From positions 32,001 to 96,000 of the forward strand of contig CAXXOU010000001.1 of NCBI GenBank assembly GCA_963677495.2: 64,000 nt of DNA, read 5' to 3'. The DNA is from Candidatus Cloacimonadales bacterium. GTDB taxonomy: Bacteria; Cloacimonadota; Cloacimonadia; Cloacimonadales; JAFGVF01. A model generated the notes under the pieces. That model was not told the origin of the DNA, did no database searches, and worked only from the letters and a program-made list of their open reading frames with translations. A program made the translations under genes and the position numbers. Below are positions 49,572 to 58,711 of this stretch, piece after piece (positions within the stretch are counted from its first letter, which is position 1; each line of letters starts with the position of its first letter).

Positions 49572-51743
49572 TTATTTTATCATAACTAGTTTTTTGACTT
49601 CACTATCTCCACAATTCTGAATTCTGCAAAAATATGTTCCTGAAGCTAAACATCGATTTTTAGTATCTTTGCCGTTCCAAGTGAACTTGTTTCTTCCAAC
49701 GGAATAATTCTGCTTATGAGAGAAAACCAATTCTCCTCTTATGTTGTAAAAACTAATATTTGTCTCATCATTACTTAAGACATTGAAGCTAATAGTAGTT
49801 GTAGGATTAAATGGGTTTGGATAGTTATTTAAACTAAGTCTGTTATCTAGACTCGGTTGAGAACTTTCATCTAAACTAACTATATCAGCAAGTAGAATAT
49901 GGGGGTAGCCATCGTTAACCTCAGAATCGATACTCCAATAATCATCGTCTCCGTTGATTGTCTCATCTAGCATGTCCCAACCTGCACCCACATATGTCGA
50001 AAAGTCTTTCATGTCATTTGTTGTAAGCCCAATTGCACCATAATTTGACCCGCTCATACCAGTTACTTCCATATCCCAAAATGAAGAGTTGAATGATCTT
50101 TGAGAAATACCGGCTATTGCATATGTGTTTTCATCACCGTATACCAATGTTGTACTATATATGAAGCTTATGTATCCATTAGCACTTCCAAAAACTCCAC
50201 CTACATAGTTTGAACCTGTAACTTCACCTCTAGTATAACAATTATTACAGCTACCATATGTAGTAAGTTTACCGACCAATCCTCCAACATACTCACTTGC
50301 AGCAACTGTACCGGTAAAGGATGAATAATCAATATTGCTATCAATACTGAACCCGACTAAACCACCACAATTACTAGCACCATAAACTTGACCTGAAGTT
50401 TTACAATTATAGATTGCACTATTAACATCAAATCCTGTTAATATGGCACAATCCCATCTACCGTTAACATACCCATCATTTATAATAAGATTCTCAATTC
50501 TTGCATGTTTCGATAGGCCAAAAAATCCCACTCTGTTGTATCCACTGTAATGTAATGAAAAAGATTCTACTGCAAAACCTGCACCATCAAACCTTCCATC
50601 GAAATAAGGGAAAAATAATTCATGAATACTAGATAGGTTCAAATCATTAGTTAACTTGAAAGCGTAATTATCTATCTGTGCGAATACAATTGCAGTTCGA
50701 AGATCTCCAGGTGTCGAGATTAAGTAATAGTCTCCATCATTTAGAAAAGAACTTGCTATATCAAGAGTTAAATCATTTAACATCCACTCACTATAGATTT
50801 CTGATGACATAGCTCCCAAAAGCCACTTGGCTGAGTTGTTTATCGTTGAGTCATTATAGTCATAAAAGCTATTTCTTACTTCAGATTCATGTAATTCAAT
50901 TATTGCACATAATATACCCAATTTTGTTTCACCACTAATAGATGCGCTAGTATAACTGTTAGATATCTGGCTGTGTTCAACCCTTGCAACAAGTCCTGCA
51001 AGTGTATGTGTACCAGATATTGATACTGAACTGTTACAGTTTTCTATTAAACTATCATCTGCCCTTCCGGCTAACCCGCCTAGATCATTTGAACCTTGTA
51101 TTACTACAGAGCTTGTGCAACCTCTTAGGATTGATTCATTGCGCATGTATCCTACAAAACCACCCCCAAGATTGTTACAGACGATTTCACAGTCCACAAC
51201 ACAGTTCTCGATTGTCGTTTCACTACAGGCCCCAATCAATCCTCCAACATGTATAGTGGCATCTAGAGTTCCTGATACAGAGCAGTTATTAATATAAGAG
51301 GTGTCACTTAAACCAACTAATATTCCGGTTTCCCATCCTCTGGATAGAACAGTTGCATCATTTAGGTGAACATTTTGGATAGTTGCTGAGAAAATATAAC
51401 CAAAGAATCCTAGATTACAAACAAAATTTAATTCTGAAGCATCCAAGTTTGATATAACATAATCATTACCATTATAAGAACCAGTAAACATTGTATCATC
51501 ATTACCGATAGGACTAAATCCTGCATAGTCATTCCAGCTTTCAGTATCAGATGCATCAATATCAGCAGTTTGAATAAAATGACTACTCCATGAACTATCA
51601 TTTGTACTAAACCATAGAAGATTATCTAATGTAGCAATTTGGTAAGGATCATTTTCTGTACCGGTTCCAATAGGTTGAACACCATCCGCAATAAGTGAAA
51701 ACACACAAAATGTAAGTAAAAGAGATAGAACAAACTTATACAT
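49572..51743 (-). CDS. Secreted GLUG-motif repeat protein with a C-terminal FlgD-Ig/T9SS-like domain
   Basis: GTGTENDPYQI, FTGSYNG, repeated VGGLVG, NDGYP, NYPNPFNP...KLVMIK. Confidence 0.85.
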   Translation of the reverse strand: MYKFVLSLLLTFCVFSLIADGVQPIGTGTENDPYQIATLDNLLWFSTNDSSWSSHFIQTADIDASDTESWNDYAGFSPIGNDDTMFTGSYNGNDYVISNLDASELNFVCNLGFFGYIFSATIQNVHLNDATVLSRGWETGILVGLSDTSYINNCSVSGTLDATIHVGGLIGACSETTIENCVVDCEIVCNNLGGGFVGYMRNESILRGCTSSVVIQGSNDLGGLAGRADDSLIENCNSSVSISGTHTLAGLVARVEHSQISNSYTSASISGETKLGILCAIIELHESEVRNSFYDYNDSTINNSAKWLLGAMSSEIYSEWMLNDLTLDIASSFLNDGDYYLISTPGDLRTAIVFAQIDNYAFKLTNDLNLSSIHELFFPYFDGRFDGAGFAVESFSLHYSGYNRVGFFGLSKHARIENLIINDGYVNGRWDCAILTGFDVNSAIYNCKTSGQVYGASNCGGLVGFSIDSNIDYSSFTGTVAASEYVGGLVGKLTTYGSCNNCYTRGEVTGSNYVGGVFGSANGYISFIYSTTLVYGDENTYAIAGISQRSFNSSFWDMEVTGMSGSNYGAIGLTTNDMKDFSTYVGAGWDMLDETINGDDDYWSIDSEVNDGYPHILLADIVSLDESSQPSLDNRLSLNNYPNPFNPTTTISFNVLSNDETNISFYNIRGELVFSHKQNYSVGRNKFTWNGKDTKNRCLASGTYFCRIQNCGDSEVKKLVMIK

Positions 51744-51822
51744 AATTCCTCCCAAGCTAAGTTCTTAGGTAAGATTGTATAAGTAAAAGTTTTGCTGTCA
51801 ATAGAAATAATTTTGATAAAGA

Positions 51823-51900
51823 TGGTCGGGATGACAGGATTCGAACCTGCGACCACTTGAACCCCATTCAAGTGCGCTACCCGGGCTGCGCTACATCCCG
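51823..51900 (-). tRNA. tRNA-Pro(GGG)
   Basis: CGGGATG acceptor stem, CTTGA-ATGGGGT-TCAAG anticodon arm, GGTTCGAATCC T-arm, encoded CCA. Confidence 0.97.
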
Positions 51901-52027
51901 ACTCATAAATCTACTTTTTAAGTACTATTTTTGTTGGCAAGGAAAAAGTGCTAAAACACTGTTAAGTATTCTCTAACAGATTTATTCTCATGTTTTTATT
52001 GATATCTTGTAACAATCAAGTATGTCA

Positions 52028-52043
52028 GGGCATAATAATTGCA
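52028..52043 (+). promoter_or_regulatory. Putative sigma54 (-24/-12) promoter
   Basis: GGGCAT-AATAA-TTGCA, with GG-N10-GC spacing, about 70 bp upstream of ATG 52114. Confidence 0.5.
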
Positions 52044-52113
52044 TGTGATTCTAATTAGGTTTTAACATAAAACTGATTATAATAGAGAAAAAGATATACA
52101 TAATGGAGGTATC

Positions 52114-53130
52114 ATGAAGAAGATTGGCTTAATGCTAGCTGTACTTACTATGTTTGGATTACTGGCAGCTCAAAATGTCCTTCTTTGGGATAACGATAAT
52201 TACTCGAGTTTCCAGGAGCCGGGTGGGGAAGATTATTTCGGTTGTGAAGTATCGCTCGGTAGAGCTCTGCTTAGCAATGGAATAAATTACACAGAAACTA
52301 ACATCCTACCGGGCAACCTTTCGCAGTACGACGCTGTCTTTGTGACGTTAGGCGTCTACTGCGTATCCTGAGGAGTCACTCCTCCGGGATCAATAGGCTC
52401 GGTCGAGCTAAATATATTAGTTAACTATTTGAACCAAGGTGGTGCCTTGTACGTTGAAGGAGTTGATTTTGTGAACGACTACTCCGATACACCACTCATG
52501 CCATATTTTGGAGTTACAATTGGTTTCAACGGCTTCCCTAATGGTATTAATCACCTCGAAGGTGTTCCAGGATCTATAGCTGATGGGCTTGATTTTAATT
52601 ACCTGTTTGGTGCTTATCCGGATTATATGGTTGATGAAATCTCCCTTGAAGGTGCAGATGCTGTACTTGTATCTCCGGATAATAATAACCGTGTAACTTC
52701 ATACGCGACACGTGAGTCTCGTACTATTGCTTCATCTATCGTTATAGGTGGAATCTATGATAGTGATGAGCATACAAAAGCGGAACTCATGAATAGATAC
52801 ATTCAATTCTTATTACCAACAACTTCAAACGACGAAAACAGTCAGCCGGTAGCAACTGCTGAACTTCATTCCGCATACCCTAATCCATTTAATCCGACTA
52901 CAACAATTAGTTTTTCACTGAAGGAAAAACAACAGTTCTCTCTTGATATCTATGATATTAAGGGTAGACATGTTACTACCCTAGCCGAAGGACTTGGTGA
53001 CAAAGGTCTTAATAGTGTTATTTGGAAAGGTATTGATTCCAACGGAAAGAGTGTCAATAGCGGGGTTTACTTCTGTAGACTTAAAACTACCGACTCTTCC
53101 TTAACGACGAAGTTAACACTTTTGAAATAA
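52114..53130 (+). CDS. Putative secreted selenoprotein (CxxU, Sec86) with a C-terminal FlgD-Ig/T9SS-like domain, 338 aa
   Basis: Track ORFs 52114-52371 and 52429-53130 are in the same frame and separated only by TGA 52369-52371: ...LGVYCVS-U-GVTPPGSIGSVELNILVNYLNQGG... The signal peptide lies in the first part and YPNPFNP in the second. Confidence 0.8.
52365..52410 (+). promoter_or_regulatory. SECIS-like RNA structure
   Basis: Hairpin TAGGCTC-GGTC-GAGCTA (52394-52410) with a G-initial loop 29 nt after the UGA; second stem 52365-52390 encloses the UGA. Confidence 0.65.
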
Positions 53131-53150
53131 TAGTTATAGTTCATAAGACT

Positions 53151-53181
53151 AAAGAGTGGGACAGATGCCCACTCTTTTTTT
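53151..53181 (+). terminator. Intrinsic terminator
   Basis: AAAGAGTGGG-ACAGATG-CCCACTCTTTTTTT. Confidence 0.85.
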
Positions 53182-53277
53182 ATCTTTAATGCATTAGCGA
53201 TAGACACATTGATAATTGTATAGCAATACTTCTTGACAATCAAGTATGAATCACTCAAAATATAATATAGAGGAAGA

Positions 53278-54114
53278 ATGAAGCGATTAATCATAATTTT
53301 TTTAATGTTATTTTTACTTGTAAATCTTTGTTCACAAGATTTACAAGAGATAGTTGATAAAGGAGAACTCATCCAGTTAGGAATGAGGTTTGCCAACTTT
53401 AACACAGCCAACTCCGGCGGTTTTTGCTATGAGTTTATTGACTTATTTTGTCAAGAATTGGGAGTTGAACATCGTTTCATTGAATCTGACTGGGATAGAA
53501 TTATCCCAGAGCTTAGAGGTGACAAGAGAAAAGAACCTATGGGTGATTTAATCTCCACCGGTATGACAATATTACCTTGGCGACAAAAGCTGGTAAACTT
53601 TTCTGAACCGGTTTTCCCAACTCAGGTATGGGTTATTGCCTCAGCTGAGTCAAAGATGCAACCTGTTAAAGCTTCAACATTTGAGAATGAGTTTGCCCAA
53701 ACAGTTTCACAATTTAAAGACCAAAGAATCGCATGTATAAAAGGAACTTCACTAGATTTATTAGAGTATGGTATTGAAGAACAAGGATTTAAGATTATAT
53801 CTTTTGACGGATCTGTGGATGATATCGCTCCTGCTATAGTACAAGGCAAAGCTGATGCCGGTCTTGTTGATATTGCAGATGCCTTAATCGCTCTTCATCG
53901 ATGGCCGGGAAAACTCAAAATCATCGGTCCAATTAATGAAACTCAAGAGTTGGCTGTTGCTTTTAGAAAGAACTCCCCAAAACTCTTAGCGAGATTTAAT
54001 GAGTTTTTGAAAAATAAACAAGAAGATGGAACTTACATTGAGCTTGTAAATAAGTACTACCCCTTTATTATTGATTATTATCCGGAGTTTTTTGAGCCAT
54101 GGCAAAAAAAGTAA
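53278..54114 (+). CDS. Periplasmic solute-binding protein (family 3)
   Basis: Signal peptide, DLQEIVDKGEL, TGMTILPWRQKLVNFSEP, AVAFRKNSPKL. Confidence 0.85.
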   Translation: MKRLIIIFLMLFLLVNLCSQDLQEIVDKGELIQLGMRFANFNTANSGGFCYEFIDLFCQELGVEHRFIESDWDRIIPELRGDKRKEPMGDLISTGMTILPWRQKLVNFSEPVFPTQVWVIASAESKMQPVKASTFENEFAQTVSQFKDQRIACIKGTSLDLLEYGIEEQGFKIISFDGSVDDIAPAIVQGKADAGLVDIADALIALHRWPGKLKIIGPINETQELAVAFRKNSPKLLARFNEFLKNKQEDGTYIELVNKYYPFIIDYYPEFFEPWQKK

Positions 54115-56357
54115 TCACAACGATTGTCCCAATAATCCTAGCTGTAACTATGCTGTTGGGTGTTATTTATATTCTGACAAGGATATCAATGAAAGATAGT
54201 AAAAGACTCGAGTTAGCTGCTATGGAGAACTATCTTAAAGATAGGACAATAGAAGTTAACAGATCTTCTGAACTTCTTAGATTGCTCAGAAATGACATGC
54301 AAAGGCTCTCGCTTAACCAAACACTCTTGACATATTTTACAAATGTGGACTTAGGAATGTCTGAAAAATATGGGCTCGGTTATAGCAAATACCAGATTAA
54401 AGAACTATTCCAACAATACCTTGATTACCAGATTATTGATAATGAGTTCTTCTATAGACAGATACTGCTAGTTGACAATGATGGGAATACCATTATCTCT
54501 AAATCAAAATCTGAAATATTAATTGAGAACAGTACAAATCCTCATATAAAGCAATTACTAAAATCGAATTATGCTAAAGGTGAGATAGTTGGTTTAATTG
54601 ATGACCAAACATATAGTATAATGTATATTCAACCAATCATACATAGAGGAGAATCTCGCGGTAAGCTGATTACTGTTATCAACAACTACATCTACTTTCC
54701 TCTCAATCATATGCATGAGTCTAAGCAATTGACTATACTGACGATTCCAGGATTTGAGGAACAATTATATAATGCTGGTATCAGTATTGCTTTTAATATT
54801 GATTCCTTGCCTTCATACTATGATTTGATTCGCGGAACTTATTACAAACTAAATGTTCAAGATATTTATAAAATTCCAAGAACAATAATTCTTTCACGAA
54901 TGAAAATTCCGGATACGAGCTTAGAGATAATAAACATAAAACCTTTTGAGCAAGTCTTCATGAAACCTGATCATAAGGCTTATACATGGACAGTGGTTAT
55001 CTTAAGCGTTATGCTGTTAATTGTTTTACTTGTGCTAGAAAGAACCCATCTAAAGAATCACTCTCTTCAAGTTAAAATTGATGCAAAGGCAGAGCAAAAC
55101 TCTAGAATTTGGCATAAGAACAAAGAACTTAACTTTGAAATTGAGAAACGTAAGTTAATTGAAGAAGAGTTGCATGAAAGTAGAATTAAAGCTGAATTCT
55201 TAGCTAAAGAGGCTCAACAGGCAAATCGGACAAAAAGCCTTTTCCTTGCAAACATGAGTCACGATATCAGAACTCCCATGAACTCAATAATCGGGTTCAC
55301 AGATATCTTACTAGAGAAAATTAAAGATAAACAGAACAGTGAGTTTCTTGGTCATATCAAAAGATCTGCTGATTATCTGCTTAATATTATTAATGATGTC
55401 TTAGATATTTCTAAAATTGAATCCGGATCTATGGAAGCAATTATCTCAGGCGTTTCTACTCATGAATTTTTTGATGATCTAAATGGGATATTTACACCTG
55501 AGTGCAATTCAAAGAATATTCAATTTGAGATCAATATTGCAGACAACACTCCTCAATTCATTGCAACAGACCACCAAAAGTTGAAACAGGTATTAGTAAA
55601 TCTGTTAAATAATGCTGTAAAGTTTACAGATAAAGGTCATGTTAAATGCCATGTTTCATTTGAAGAGGAGATGCTTTCAATCATTGTTGAGGACACAGGA
55701 CTGGGAATTCCAAAAGCATTCTTCCCATATATGTTTGAGCCATTTAAACAAGTAAAAGGTCAAAATCATAATAAGTATGGTGGAACAGGACTTGGACTAG
55801 CTATTTCAAAAAGAATCATTGACCTGATGGGCGGAGAGATTGCTTACAGATCCAAAGTTGGTGAAGGCACAACATTTGAATTGTTCCTGCCGGTTCAAAT
55901 CACAAGTAACATCAATCAAGAGGAGAATTCAACTCTATCATCAACTAAAACTATTGCCAACAAATTCAATATTCTTATTGCCGAAGATAACTATGTTAAT
56001 CAACGCTTGATAGGTTTCCTCATCAAAAGTCTGAATCACCGATTTGACATTGTAGACAATGGTGAAAAAGTTTTAGAAAAACTACATTCTAATGAGAAGT
56101 ACGACCTTCTGTTGCTTGATATTCAAATGCCAATCATGAACGGTTATGAAGCCTTGGAGTTAATTAGAAAAGATAGTAGATTTAATGATCTATTCATAAT
56201 AGCACTGACTGCACAAGCTATGTCAGGTGATAAAGAAAGAATACTTGAAAAGGGTGCTAATGACTATGTATCCAAACCGATTGATAAGAAGAAATTGATT
56301 GAAAGTATAAATAAATACGCTTCTCACCGGGCAAAGACCGACAAGAAGCATACATAA
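54099..56357 (+). CDS. Membrane hybrid sensor histidine kinase/response regulator
   Basis: Two TMs, FLANMSHDIRTPMN, NAVKFT, GGTGLGL, receiver AEDN/LLDIQMP/SKP. Confidence 0.93.
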   Translation: MAKKVITTIVPIILAVTMLLGVIYILTRISMKDSKRLELAAMENYLKDRTIEVNRSSELLRLLRNDMQRLSLNQTLLTYFTNVDLGMSEKYGLGYSKYQIKELFQQYLDYQIIDNEFFYRQILLVDNDGNTIISKSKSEILIENSTNPHIKQLLKSNYAKGEIVGLIDDQTYSIMYIQPIIHRGESRGKLITVINNYIYFPLNHMHESKQLTILTIPGFEEQLYNAGISIAFNIDSLPSYYDLIRGTYYKLNVQDIYKIPRTIILSRMKIPDTSLEIINIKPFEQVFMKPDHKAYTWTVVILSVMLLIVLLVLERTHLKNHSLQVKIDAKAEQNSRIWHKNKELNFEIEKRKLIEEELHESRIKAEFLAKEAQQANRTKSLFLANMSHDIRTPMNSIIGFTDILLEKIKDKQNSEFLGHIKRSADYLLNIINDVLDISKIESGSMEAIISGVSTHEFFDDLNGIFTPECNSKNIQFEINIADNTPQFIATDHQKLKQVLVNLLNNAVKFTDKGHVKCHVSFEEEMLSIIVEDTGLGIPKAFFPYMFEPFKQVKGQNHNKYGGTGLGLAISKRIIDLMGGEIAYRSKVGEGTTFELFLPVQITSNINQEENSTLSSTKTIANKFNILIAEDNYVNQRLIGFLIKSLNHRFDIVDNGEKVLEKLHSNEKYDLLLLDIQMPIMNGYEALELIRKDSRFNDLFIIALTAQAMSGDKERILEKGANDYVSKPIDKKKLIESINKYASHRAKTDKKHT

Positions 56358-56359
56358 TC

Positions 56360-57433
56360 TTAGATAACTGCATCTACTTCCGGAGCTTCCTCATGGAACT
56401 TCTCCTCTATTTCCTTAATCTCTTCAAGTGCTTTGTTCAATAATTTCACTCTCTCTTTGTAGTGAATAAATGCACTCTTGTATCCATTAATAATCACATT
56501 TTTCACATCCTGATAACTAAAGCCAAGCTTCTCAACTGCTACCATGTATTCATCTGTTAAGGTTGTGTTCGAAACGATTCTGTTATCAGTATTCAATGTT
56601 ACTCTTAAACCATAAGACAAATAGAATGAAGCAGGATGCTCTTTCAAAGAATGCACTGCTTTCGTATGTAAATTTGAGACCAGGCACACTTCCAATGGGA
56701 TTCTATGGTCATTCACATAGTTAAGTAAATCACCATCTTCAAACAAGCGAGTTCCATGACCGATTCTGTGAGTTCCGCAATAATGCAGAGCCTGATGAAT
56801 ACTGTCCGGACCGTAAGCTTCACCCGCATGAATTGTAATATTAAGATTGTTCTTAAGTGCCAACTTGAAAGAGTCCTCATGCACAACAGCCGGGTTATTG
56901 TATTCAGCACCGGCAAGGTCAAAACCTACTACTCCCCTATTCTTATACATTATAGCAAGTCTTGCCAGTATCTCTGATGTCTCGGGATCCATGTTTCTAA
57001 TGCCACAGATAATCACACCTGTCTTGATGTTGAAATCCTTCTCAGCTTGTGCTAGTCCTTCAATCACTGCATCAGAGATGTCTGTAAGCTTCATCCCTTT
57101 CTGCGTATGCAAGATTGGAGAGTATCGTACTTCCATATATCTGATATTCTCTTTAGACGCATCTTCAGCAAGCTCATAAGCAGCTCTGTATAAAGAGTCT
57201 CTATCCTGCAAAACCATATTAATAATATGGAATCCTTGTAAATATTCCTCCAAACTCGCTGTGTTTTCATCACATGAAACAAGTTTCATAAGTTTATCAG
57301 GATCAGTTTCAGGAAGCTTAATTCCCCTTTCATCTGCCATCTCTAGCAATGAATCTATTCTTACTGAACCATCAAGATGGACATGCAAGTCAGTTTTAGG
57401 TAATGCGTGTATTAACTCTCTTGTAATTTTCAT
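56360..57433 (-). CDS. add: Adenosine deaminase
   Basis: LPKTDLHVHLDGS, GFDLAGAE, TIHAGE, RIGHG, LNTDN. Confidence 0.93.
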   Translation of the reverse strand: MKITRELIHALPKTDLHVHLDGSVRIDSLLEMADERGIKLPETDPDKLMKLVSCDENTASLEEYLQGFHIINMVLQDRDSLYRAAYELAEDASKENIRYMEVRYSPILHTQKGMKLTDISDAVIEGLAQAEKDFNIKTGVIICGIRNMDPETSEILARLAIMYKNRGVVGFDLAGAEYNNPAVVHEDSFKLALKNNLNITIHAGEAYGPDSIHQALHYCGTHRIGHGTRLFEDGDLLNYVNDHRIPLEVCLVSNLHTKAVHSLKEHPASFYLSYGLRVTLNTDNRIVSNTTLTDEYMVAVEKLGFSYQDVKNVIINGYKSAFIHYKERVKLLNKALEEIKEIEEKFHEEAPEVDAVI

Positions 57434-57442
57434 AAAATCCTC

Positions 57443-58000
57443 CTATTTCCATTCTTCATATTTAACTGTTTTATCTAAACTGAGCCTGTTCTTACTACCG
57501 GCAAACTTCTTTAAAGCTTTACTATATAACTTATCCTTTTCGGCCGGATAACCAAACGGGCTTATCCCTACTACCCTGAATGTATCAGGTAGCTTTAAGT
57601 GTTTCTTCACAGACTCTTCATTGAACGCAGCAAGCCAGCAAGAACCTATCCCTAAGTCCCATGCTGCAAGCATCATCATCTGGAAAGAGATAGCAACATC
57701 AACAAGGTAGTATTCCTGCGAGTTTAGCTTAACACTCTTCTTTGTTTCAGCACATGCAACTATCACACACGGTGCATTCCTGATAAAGAGATTACTCAGC
57801 CCTATCAAACCTGAGTGTGTGCTGAGAGCTTTAATCTTCTCCTTATCTCTAAGCACAAGATACCGCCACTCCTGCCTGTTCTGTGCTGAGGGTGCGGATT
57901 GCCCCGCTTCCAGTATCTGCTGGAGAAACTCATCCGGGATAGGATCAGGCTTGAAGTCTCTTATACTATGCCTTGTTCTTACTACATCTATAAATTCCAT
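57443..58000 (-). CDS. Nitroreductase-family protein
   Basis: RHSIRDF, APSAQNRQEW, LGIGSCW, FGYPA. Start at ATG 58000. Confidence 0.92.
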   Translation of the reverse strand: MEFIDVVRTRHSIRDFKPDPIPDEFLQQILEAGQSAPSAQNRQEWRYLVLRDKEKIKALSTHSGLIGLSNLFIRNAPCVIVACAETKKSVKLNSQEYYLVDVAISFQMMMLAAWDLGIGSCWLAAFNEESVKKHLKLPDTFRVVGISPFGYPAEKDKLYSKALKKFAGSKNRLSLDKTVKYEEWK

Positions 58001-58204
58001 ATTATAACCTCTTACGTTTAACCGACAATTATGCAAGACGCAATTATTCCTGTCGAGAGATTTATCTATATTAACACATAAATTTATTGGTTATACTCTT
58101 AATAATTCCCTAAAAAGATGTGATTCGCTACAATATCACGCTATCCTAACTTTTGATTTTCTTGCATCTTCCAAAATGAGCCTACTACCTCCCTGACACA
58201 ACCC

Positions 58205-58355
58205 TGATTATGACAAGTATTCCATAAATAATCAAGTTATCCACATGATGTGGATAAATCGTGGCGTTCCACGAGAGGGTCACGAGAGGGTCACCTGTGG
58301 ATTACCTTTGAAACACCTTTCTTAGTCGGGGAACTAGAAGGGATCAAGAAGGGCA
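58205..58355 (-). repeat. Dispersed repeat copy 2 (inverted relative to 14820-14970)
   Basis: 138/151 identity to copy 1; TTATCCACA-TGA-TGTGGATAA at 58237-58257. Confidence 0.9.
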
Positions 58356-58711
58356 AATTCAAAATGGTAAAGGGCAATTTCTGTGATGAAACAGATTGAT
58401 TTGATGAATTAGTACCGAAAAAATGGACTTAAGTGAACATATTGGACAAAGTGGACGAAGTGAAATGGCTAAGAAATAGTTTTCATACTAAGTTCACTAT
58501 GTCCTCTTTAATACTCGACAACAACATTTTTTTCATGTAAATTGAAGGTTATATTGCCATTTTAAGAAGTGCTTTTTCGCTCATTGCTCTGAAGAACTCC
58601 TTGGAAATTAAAACAGACTCAGGCAACCAAGTTGCATCATTATTAACAATTTCCTTGACTGATAAGCTATTAGAGTTAGAAAAATGGAAATCATAATTAT
58701 GGAGAGATACT

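Noticed and set aside
51626..51871. 81-aa ORF overlapping the tRNA
   Set aside because: Spurious: it overlaps tRNA-Pro and the GLUG gene in another frame.
40915..51900. Genomic island integrated at tRNA-Pro
   Set aside because: The cluster looks AT-rich and lies 3' of the tRNA, but I saw no integrase and no duplicated tRNA 3' end.
52369..52371. Genome-wide UGA reassignment (code 4 or 25), or two separate genes
   Set aside because: TGA terminates several full-length genes here and Trp is encoded by TGG. The downstream TTG has no RBS and the domain spans the codon.
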